The position numbers and the translations under genes are program-made. A DNA stretch of 64,000 nucleotides from a virus. Location of the stretch: positions 64,001-128,000 of IMG/VR virus record IMGVR_UViG_3300046559_000446; one strand, written 5' to 3'. Under the pieces are notes generated by a model. It searched no databases. It saw nothing but the letters and a program-made list of their open reading frames with translations, and was not told the origin of the DNA. Below are positions 57,242 through 64,000 of this stretch, in pieces. Within the stretch, counting starts at the first letter, position 1. Each line of letters opens with the position of its first letter.

Positions 57242-59428
57242 ATGCCGCACCAGGTTCTCAAAGTCCAGCCCGGCGTCAACACCAACGAGACGCCTGTCCT
57301 GAACATGGCCGGCATTTCGGAATGCGACAAAATCCGCTTCAGGCAAGATCCAGCCGGCTTGGGCCTGGTCGAGAAGCTGGGCGGCTGGACGCGCTTCTAC
57401 ACCGGCGTTTTCGATTACGCCGTGCGCCATCTCTTCGTGTGGCAGGAAATCGACATCGACAAGTTCGTGGCTGTCGGGATGGCTGGCCTGGGCGGCGTCG
57501 AGCTTTTGCGGGCGCAGGATGAGCTTAATCCGATCACCGGTCTGCCCACGGGTTTCTCGACAGCGACGCCCAGCGGCGCCCTGCCTCTCACGCCGCTGTT
57601 CAGGAATACGGACGCTCCGAACACTACGATCCTGGTTTCGACCGTGGCCGGCAGTCCGTTCGTCTCCATAACCGATCCATCGCTCGACCAGATCCACACC
57701 ACGGATTCGGTCTATTTCGCCACCCATGTCGCCGTCGGCGGCCTTGTCCTGTTCGGGCAATATGCGGTCTACGCGACGACGTCTTTCACCAGCTATCAGA
57801 TCGTCGCGCGCACGGTGCTCGGCGCGCCGCAGGCGGCATCTACGACTGCGGGTTCGACAACCGCTGTTCCGCCGCTCTTCACCACGGCGACCAACAGTTA
57901 TGAAATTACTGTCACGCTGCCGAAACACGGCTACGTGGTTGGTGATGTCTTCCCGCTGCTGATCGCCACCGCCGTCGCCAACATCACGCTCGCGCCGCGC
58001 GAGTACGAGATCCAGCGGATCACCGACGTGGATCACTTCGTCATCCTGGCGAACGAGATCGCGACGTCAGGCGCGTCGGCCTATCCGAACGGCGGCAACT
58101 TCCGCCTGATTTATAATATCGGCGGCGCCCCCAGCAACATCATCAGCGGCTACGGCGCCGGCATTTACGGCGGCACGGCTGGAGACGGCGGCTATGGCCG
58201 AAACAGTGGCGGCGCGCCGACAGCGCCAGGAACGCCGGCCTCGGCCACGGATTGGAACTTCGACAACTGGGGCAGCATCCTGCTCGCCAGCCCCAGGAAC
58301 GCCGTCGTCGATGGCATTCCGGTGTCTGGCATCTACCAGTGGGAGGATGAGACAGGCGCCAAGGTGCTCGCGGTGATCGCGGAGGCGCCGCCTTGCAATG
58401 ATGGCTTTTTCGTCGGCATGCCGCAGCGCCAGATTATCACTTGGGGTTCCAGCTTCACCGGCATCCCAGACCCGCTGCTCGTCCGCTGGTGCGACGTCAA
58501 CGATTACACCGTTTGGGCGGCGACGATCACCAACCAGGCCGGATCTTACCGCATCCCGAAAGGCTCCAAGATCGTCGGCGCCCTCCAGGCCGCGCAGCAA
58601 GGCATCCTCTGGACCGATATCGGCGTCTGGTCGATGCAGTATATCGGCCAGCCCTACATCTACAGCTTCAATGAACTCGGCACTGGCTGCGGCATGCTTG
58701 CGCAGAAGGGGGCGGGGGCGGTCAATGGCGTGGTCTACTGGATCAGCCACCGCCAGTTCTTCATGCTGTCGGGGGCCGGCGTTCAACCAGTCCCGTGCCC
58801 CGTCTGGGACATCGTCTTTCAGAGCATCGACCGCCGTTATTATGACAACGTCCGGGTCGCGCCCAATTCGATGTTCAATGAGATCTCCTGGTTCTTCACC
58901 TCGGTCAATTCCCCAAATCACGAGAACGATTCCTACGTCAAGTTCAACTACGTGCTGAACGCCTGGGACTACGGCACGATTGCCCGCTCGGCATGGGTCA
59001 ACCAAAGCGTCCTCGGCTCTCCGATGGGCGCGGGCGTCAGCCCGGAGGATGGTCAGATCCGCCTGTTCCAGCATGAGCGGACGCCCGACGCCGACGGTCA
59101 GCCAATGCACTCGTGGTTTGCGACCGGCTATTTTGCGATGGCGGAAGGCGACAGCAAGATTTTCGTCGATGAGATCTGGCCCGACATGAAGTGGGGCGCC
59201 TATGGCGTCACCAAGAATGCGACGGTCGATCTGACGTTCACGGCCAAGGATTTTCCCGCTCAAGACCCGCTGATGACGAACAGTTTTTCCTTCACGGTGG
59301 GATCGACTTACGTCACGCCGCGCCTTCGCGGGCGCTTGATGCAGGTGACCCTTGGGAGCAATGATCGCGGATCGTTCTGGCGCCTCGGCGGCATGCGGTA
59401 TCGCGCAGCGCCAGACGGGAAATACTGA
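57242..59428 (+). CDS. Tail nozzle / stabilization protein (P22 gp10 / T7 gp12-like)
   Basis: 728 aa beta-propeller character; DKIRFR...EKLGGW, VRW.D..D...W, PRLRGR; position before the ejection genes. Confidence 0.7.
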   Translation: MPHQVLKVQPGVNTNETPVLNMAGISECDKIRFRQDPAGLGLVEKLGGWTRFYTGVFDYAVRHLFVWQEIDIDKFVAVGMAGLGGVELLRAQDELNPITGLPTGFSTATPSGALPLTPLFRNTDAPNTTILVSTVAGSPFVSITDPSLDQIHTTDSVYFATHVAVGGLVLFGQYAVYATTSFTSYQIVARTVLGAPQAASTTAGSTTAVPPLFTTATNSYEITVTLPKHGYVVGDVFPLLIATAVANITLAPREYEIQRITDVDHFVILANEIATSGASAYPNGGNFRLIYNIGGAPSNIISGYGAGIYGGTAGDGGYGRNSGGAPTAPGTPASATDWNFDNWGSILLASPRNAVVDGIPVSGIYQWEDETGAKVLAVIAEAPPCNDGFFVGMPQRQIITWGSSFTGIPDPLLVRWCDVNDYTVWAATITNQAGSYRIPKGSKIVGALQAAQQGILWTDIGVWSMQYIGQPYIYSFNELGTGCGMLAQKGAGAVNGVVYWISHRQFFMLSGAGVQPVPCPVWDIVFQSIDRRYYDNVRVAPNSMFNEISWFFTSVNSPNHENDSYVKFNYVLNAWDYGTIARSAWVNQSVLGSPMGAGVSPEDGQIRLFQHERTPDADGQPMHSWFATGYFAMAEGDSKIFVDEIWPDMKWGAYGVTKNATVDLTFTAKDFPAQDPLMTNSFSFTVGSTYVTPRLRGRLMQVTLGSNDRGSFWRLGGMRYRAAPDGKY

Positions 59429-59838
59429 TGACAGCTTCTCTTGGCGACCTCCTCTCCGCAGCCAAAAACATCGCGCAGGCGATCAATGACGCGGCGCGGG
59501 CCTATGTCGGCGTCCAGGGTTCCCAGGTGTCGCTCACGCTAACGGCTCCTACGCAGGTCGTTCATGGCGCGGGACGGGTCGCCATGCTCAATGTGCATGC
59601 GGCGGGATCGACTTCAGGCAACCTTTGCGACACTACCGATGTCGGCAACAGCAACAACCCCAAGCACATCATCGCCACGATTCCGATGAGCGTCGGCTTT
59701 TATTTTGTCAACACCACCTTCAACGATGGACTGCTCGTTTTGCCTGGGACGGGCCAGTCGGTCACCGTGACCTATTCGACCGGATCGGCGGCGGGCAACC
59801 AGTCGTCCTCCGCTGCCAACCAGGCGAGAGGACGCTGA
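59428..59838 (+). CDS. Virion structural protein
   Basis: TGATG coupling; 136 aa. Confidence 0.65.
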   Translation: MTASLGDLLSAAKNIAQAINDAARAYVGVQGSQVSLTLTAPTQVVHGAGRVAMLNVHAAGSTSGNLCDTTDVGNSNNPKHIIATIPMSVGFYFVNTTFNDGLLVLPGTGQSVTVTYSTGSAAGNQSSSAANQARGR

Positions 59839-59839
59839 C

Positions 59840-60529
59840 ATGCCACTGATCAAATCCGGATCCAAGGAGGCCGTCAGCCAGAATATCAGGACGGAGATCG
59901 GCGCCGGCAAGCCGCAGAAACAGGCGGTCGCCATCGCCCTCGATGTCGCGAGGCGCGCACGGGACGCCGGCGGCGGCATGCCGACGCTCTCAAAACTGGA
60001 CACGCCGCCTGATGTTCCGAGCACGGTTCACGCGCACCTGTCGGCCAAGGTCCACACCGGCCCGATCCACAGCGCGGTCGCGGGCCGCACCGATCACCTG
60101 CCCGTCCATGTTCCGAGCGGCAGCTATGTCATTCCCGCCGACGTCGTCAGCGGCATGGGCGAAGGAAACACTAATGCCGGATTCAAGAACATCAAGCGGA
60201 TGTTTGGTGGCCTGCCTCGTGGGGCCGGCGAGCAACCCTATGATCATAAAGGCGGACCTTATGGCGCTGGGTCTGCTCCCTATAACATCGATCCCAGCAA
60301 GCCCTATGGCGAACCGCTACCTAGTGGGCATGCTGCTGGCGGGAAAACCGGTAAGGATGTCAAGGTCGTTGTGGCAGGCGGCGAATACACGCTGACGCCT
60401 GAAGAGGTGATGGCGGCGGGCGACGGCGACCTGGATCGCGGCCACCGCGTTCTCGATGATTTTGTCAAACAAATGCGCGGCCACATCGTCAAGACGATGT
60501 CAAAGCTGCCTGGACCGAAGCGAGACTAG
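59840..60529 (+). CDS. Probable internal virion protein
   Basis: MPLIKSGSKEAVSQNI...QAVAIAL N-terminus; GRTDHLPVHV..GSYVIPADVVS..GEGN. Confidence 0.7.
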   Translation: MPLIKSGSKEAVSQNIRTEIGAGKPQKQAVAIALDVARRARDAGGGMPTLSKLDTPPDVPSTVHAHLSAKVHTGPIHSAVAGRTDHLPVHVPSGSYVIPADVVSGMGEGNTNAGFKNIKRMFGGLPRGAGEQPYDHKGGPYGAGSAPYNIDPSKPYGEPLPSGHAAGGKTGKDVKVVVAGGEYTLTPEEVMAAGDGDLDRGHRVLDDFVKQMRGHIVKTMSKLPGPKRD

Positions 60530-60533
60530 AGCA

Positions 60534-61037
60534 ATGAGCGACATACGAGTGAGATACGGCGTTCCAGCCGACGTGCATAATTTCATGGACCTGACATCCA
60601 TGTGCGCGGAAGAGAACGGGCTGCTCGCGGTGAACACCAGGAAAGTGCTGGAAGAGGTGTGGGCCAGCCTGAACTGGGACCACGGCGTGATCGGCGTGAT
60701 CGAGGGTGACGAAGGCATGCTGGAGGCCGGCATCCTGCTCCGCGTGGACACCACGCCTTATAGCGTCGAGGAAGTCCTGTGCGAACGCGCGATCTACGTG
60801 CGGCCAGAATTTCGCAAAGTGCAGCGCAGCCTTTATCAGGGCGGGCGCGCCAGCTATCTGTGCGAGTTCGCCAAGAACGCCGCCATGCGCCTCGAATTAC
60901 CCCTCCTAATCAGTATTTTGTCAACGCACCGCGCTGCTGGTAAGGTGAGACTTTACGAGCGGCATTTCGGGACGCCGGCGGGCGCCTATTGGCTTTGGAA
61001 CGCGAAGACGGGCCATAAGCAAGAAGCTGCGGAGTAG
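60534..61037 (+). CDS. GNAT-like acetyltransferase-fold protein
   Basis: IRVRYGVPAD...EE...IYVRPEFRK...L...AK; typical slot before podovirus ejection genes. Confidence 0.55.
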   Translation: MSDIRVRYGVPADVHNFMDLTSMCAEENGLLAVNTRKVLEEVWASLNWDHGVIGVIEGDEGMLEAGILLRVDTTPYSVEEVLCERAIYVRPEFRKVQRSLYQGGRASYLCEFAKNAAMRLELPLLISILSTHRAAGKVRLYERHFGTPAGAYWLWNAKTGHKQEAAE

Positions 61038-61042
61038 GCGTC

Positions 61043-64000
61043 ATGGGCGGCAAGACACAGCAGGCTTCGTCTCAGGTCACGATACCGCCGGAAGTCCTGG
61101 CGCGCTATAACGCGGTCAACGCCAATGCGCAGCAAGTGGCGCAAACGCCCTTCCAGCAGTATTCGAGCGATCCGAACGCCTTCGTCGCGCCGATGACCAC
61201 GGCCCAGAACATGGGCCTCCAACAGACCGCGAACTATGCCAACGCCGCGCAGCCCGGCTTGCAGACGGCGATGGGCATGACGCAAGGCGCGATGGGGTCA
61301 GCGAATCCGTGGGATCTGAACTCCGATCAGATCAACAAATACATGAACCCGTACACTCAGAACGTCACCAATCAAATGGGCGCTCTGATGAACCAGCAGG
61401 CCCAGACGGCGCAGTCGGGCCAACTGGGCAACGCCATCAAGACCGGCGCCTTTGGCGGCGACCGCAGCGGCATTGTGGCGGCGAACCTTCAGCAGCAGAA
61501 TGCGCTGGCCTATGGCAACGCCATGGCGCCGGTGCTCCAGCAGGGCTACAACACGGCGCTCCAGACCGCCACGGGGCAGCAGGCGCTCGATCTGCAAGCG
61601 CAGCAGGCCAACCTGGCGCGGCAGATGCAGGGTGCGGGCCAGTACGGCCAATTGGCCGGCGCGCAGCAGCAGGCGGGCCTCGCCGGCGCGCAGGCGATGA
61701 TGGGCGCGGGCCAGGTGCAGCAGCAGACCCAGCAAGCGGGCCTCACTTCGCTCTACAATCAATTCCAGCAGCAGCAGTCTTATCCGTTCCAGACGGCGCA
61801 ATTCATGGCGAATATTGCGGAGGGCACCGGTTCGCTGTCGGGCCAGACGACGAACTCCACCCAGCAGGCGCCGTTCTTCTCCGACCGCAAGTTGAAGGAA
61901 AACATCAAGCGAATCGGCACCGCCAAGAACGGTCTGCCGATCCACAGCTTCAACTACAAGGATGATCCGGAAAAGCTCACCCGCCTCGGCTTCATGGCCG
62001 ACGAGGTCGAGAAGAAACATCCGGAGGCGGTGGGCCTGGCCGGCGGCTATAAGACCGTCGATCACGAGAAGGCGATGAAGAGCGCCGGCGGCAGCGTCAC
62101 TGACTTCGACCAGGGTCGAGCCTATGATCGCGGCGGCTTCGACCTCGGCGGCGCTGCCAGCACCTATGACCCGTCCTGGCAGTCTGTCGCCCAGCGGCAC
62201 ATGGCGGGGTTGCAGGGTCAGCAGCAGGGCAGCGGCAGCACTTTGTACGGCGGCAAGAGCCGTCACGTTCCAACGACGTCTGGCGCTCGCTACAGCCTGC
62301 CGAATGCGCCTGGCATGCCGGCGGCAAAGCCGTCAGGTCTGAACCAGGCTGTCGGAACGGCGCAGGCGACCGTGGGCCTCGGCCAATCGCTTGGCGACGC
62401 CTATAATAAGTACACCGGCAAGGATCAGCCTGCCGCCACGACCACCGCGCCTGCTGCTGGCGGTGCGCCTGCCACGCCTGCCGCGCCTGTGGTGGCGAAC
62501 AAAGCGCCTGGCACACCCGATCAACCCGACGTCACATATTTGCGCCGTGGCGGGTTGGCCACCGGCGGCAGCGAGCCTGTCGTCATCGCTGCGGCGCCGC
62601 CTGCCGCCGTCGCTTCATCTCAGGGCCTCGCGGCGCCTGGCGTTGCCGATGTCGTTACGCCGACGGCTCAGTACCAAGAAGGATTGGGCAAGGCCCAAGA
62701 TGCGCAAGTGCGCGCGAACGACATTCAGCAGGCTGACCGCGACGCAGCAGCGAAGGCTGGCATGTCGTTCAAGCCCGACTGGGACAATGGTTTCCTGGCG
62801 CAAGCCGATCTGGCCCGTTCGATGGGCGTCTATGGATCGCTGAACGGCTATCACGACCCAACCCATGGCGGGTCGTATCTCGGTTTCGCGGATGGCGGCG
62901 CGGCCAGCACGGATGAATACAAAGCCCCCGATCCGAACGCCACTCAGGACACGACGAAGCAAAACATTCCGGACGTGCATTCAACCTACAAGTTGCCCGA
63001 TCCGCCCAAGCCGCCAGGCGGCAGTGGAAAGAGCGGAGCCGGCCAGGCGCTGGGCGCCGCCAAATCGCTTATGGGCCTCGCTTCCCTCATTCCCGGCGTC
63101 GGCGCCGTCACTGCTCCCCTTGGCGCCGTAATGGGCGCGGGCGAGGCGTTGGCCGGCGCCAGCGGCGGTCTGATGGTCGCTGGCCGGCGCCGCAAGCGCA
63201 AGGGCCTGGCCGCTGGCGGTCAGGGCGAGGGCGTCGATTACATGAGCGAAGGTGCGCAGGGGCGTACATACGATGACCCAGAGCAGCAAACTGCCCTTAA
63301 TCTGGATCGCATTAAGGATCTTGAGGGCGAGAACAGTCAAACCGGTCTGGGCGGTAAGGGCAATAGCGTAGACAACATGAGCGAGGCCAATCAAGGTCGC
63401 ATGGCCCCGAATGATACAGAAGCGCAAGACGCATGGCGATTGGAGCATATTCCGCGCGAAGATTTGCACAAGGAAGTACCGCCGGAAAGGTTGGCAAAAC
63501 TATTCCCGCCGACGCAGGAAACGCCGCCTCCAGGTGTGCTTGGCCCGTGGTCGAGCCAATCCGCGTCTGCTTCTGTTCCTAATTCGGGCGAGCGGCTGCT
63601 CAACACGCAGCCAACTACGCGCGATGCCCAGACTGGCGCGGCGCCGGTCGAAGGGTCTGGTTTCGACAAGCCGCTCAATCTCGGAAGCGGGCAGCTATAT
63701 CAAAGGCCACCGGATGTTCCGGCCACGCCTGAACAGGCTGCGGCGGCGAATGCGTTGCGCAGATCTCCTGAAGCTGCCGCGCTTGCAGGCGCGGAGGAAG
63801 CGCGTCAAGGCAAGGCGGCGGATGCTGTAGCACGGGAGAAGGATTATCAGGCGCGTCATGCGCAATCGTGGACGGATTCGCTGACGGGCGTGAAGCCTGA
63901 TCTGGCGCCTGAAACACCTGAAGAAGAGAAGGCCCGCTTCGCCCGCTACGATTCGACCACGCCGACGACACGCGAGGAAGCTACTGCTGGTCCGATCACG
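61043..64000 (+). CDS. Ejection/DNA transfer protein, 3' truncated, with internal S74-like segment
   Basis: ATG at 61043 (MGGKTQQASSQVTIPPEVLARY...); frame open at every spot checked up to the window end; Q/A/G-rich; absent from the ORF track because no stop falls in the window. Confidence 0.8.
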   Translation, partial: MGGKTQQASSQVTIPPEVLARYNAVNANAQQVAQTPFQQYSSDPNAFVAPMTTAQNMGLQQTANYANAAQPGLQTAMGMTQGAMGSANPWDLNSDQINKYMNPYTQNVTNQMGALMNQQAQTAQSGQLGNAIKTGAFGGDRSGIVAANLQQQNALAYGNAMAPVLQQGYNTALQTATGQQALDLQAQQANLARQMQGAGQYGQLAGAQQQAGLAGAQAMMGAGQVQQQTQQAGLTSLYNQFQQQQSYPFQTAQFMANIAEGTGSLSGQTTNSTQQAPFFSDRKLKENIKRIGTAKNGLPIHSFNYKDDPEKLTRLGFMADEVEKKHPEAVGLAGGYKTVDHEKAMKSAGGSVTDFDQGRAYDRGGFDLGGAASTYDPSWQSVAQRHMAGLQGQQQGSGSTLYGGKSRHVPTTSGARYSLPNAPGMPAAKPSGLNQAVGTAQATVGLGQSLGDAYNKYTGKDQPAATTTAPAAGGAPATPAAPVVANKAPGTPDQPDVTYLRRGGLATGGSEPVVIAAAPPAAVASSQGLAAPGVADVVTPTAQYQEGLGKAQDAQVRANDIQQADRDAAAKAGMSFKPDWDNGFLAQADLARSMGVYGSLNGYHDPTHGGSYLGFADGGAASTDEYKAPDPNATQDTTKQNIPDVHSTYKLPDPPKPPGGSGKSGAGQALGAAKSLMGLASLIPGVGAVTAPLGAVMGAGEALAGASGGLMVAGRRRKRKGLAAGGQGEGVDYMSEGAQGRTYDDPEQQTALNLDRIKDLEGENSQTGLGGKGNSVDNMSEANQGRMAPNDTEAQDAWRLEHIPREDLHKEVPPERLAKLFPPTQETPPPGVLGPWSSQSASASVPNSGERLLNTQPTTRDAQTGAAPVEGSGFDKPLNLGSGQLYQRPPDVPATPEQAAAANALRRSPEAAALAGAEEARQGKAADAVAREKDYQARHAQSWTDSLTGVKPDLAPETPEEEKARFARYDSTTPTTREEATAGPIT

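Noticed and set aside
1-64000. Integrase/att sites, transposase, intein, HNH homing endonuclease, rRNA
   Set aside because: No tyrosine or serine recombinase, DDE, intein or HNH motifs recognised in any credible ORF, and no rRNA-like sequence.

Overview
This 64-kb window (high GC) holds most of the genome of a tailed dsDNA phage, probably a podovirus infecting an alphaproteobacterium (Hyphomicrobiales-like). The host call is inferred from a GcrA homolog and rhizobial-type small envelope proteins. Layout: (i) 1-1341, end of the virion module; (ii) 1342-6955, leftward accessory operon with GcrA, MazG, three signal-peptide proteins around a ~480-bp densely base-paired non-coding region, VRR-NUC and an RHH regulator; (iii) 7011-15818, replication genes (SF2 helicase, DUF2800-like nuclease, DUF2815-like SSB, family A polymerase, C5 methyltransferase with an overlapping out-of-frame ORF); (iv) 15.8-22.8 kb, small early genes behind repeated sigma70 promoters; (v) primase-helicase and an iteron-rich origin candidate; (vi) 26.1-28.1 kb, leftward cassette with five palindromic operators; (vii) 29.2-64 kb, terminases, a Tad2/Tad2/Acb2-like sponge cluster, portal, an ART plus glycosylase-like fusion, head genes, three fibre proteins with a shared docking motif, lysis genes, tail and the start of an ejection protein. 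No integrase, tRNA, rRNA or CRISPR array was seen. Strongest leads: the structured RNA array at 4254-4692, the sponge cluster, the ART/glycosylase fusion, the two-frame methyltransferase, a recurring x-x-x-G-G motif in internal virion proteins and a conserved promoter spacer box that may be read by the phage GcrA. All family assignments come from motif recognition by eye; no database was searched.
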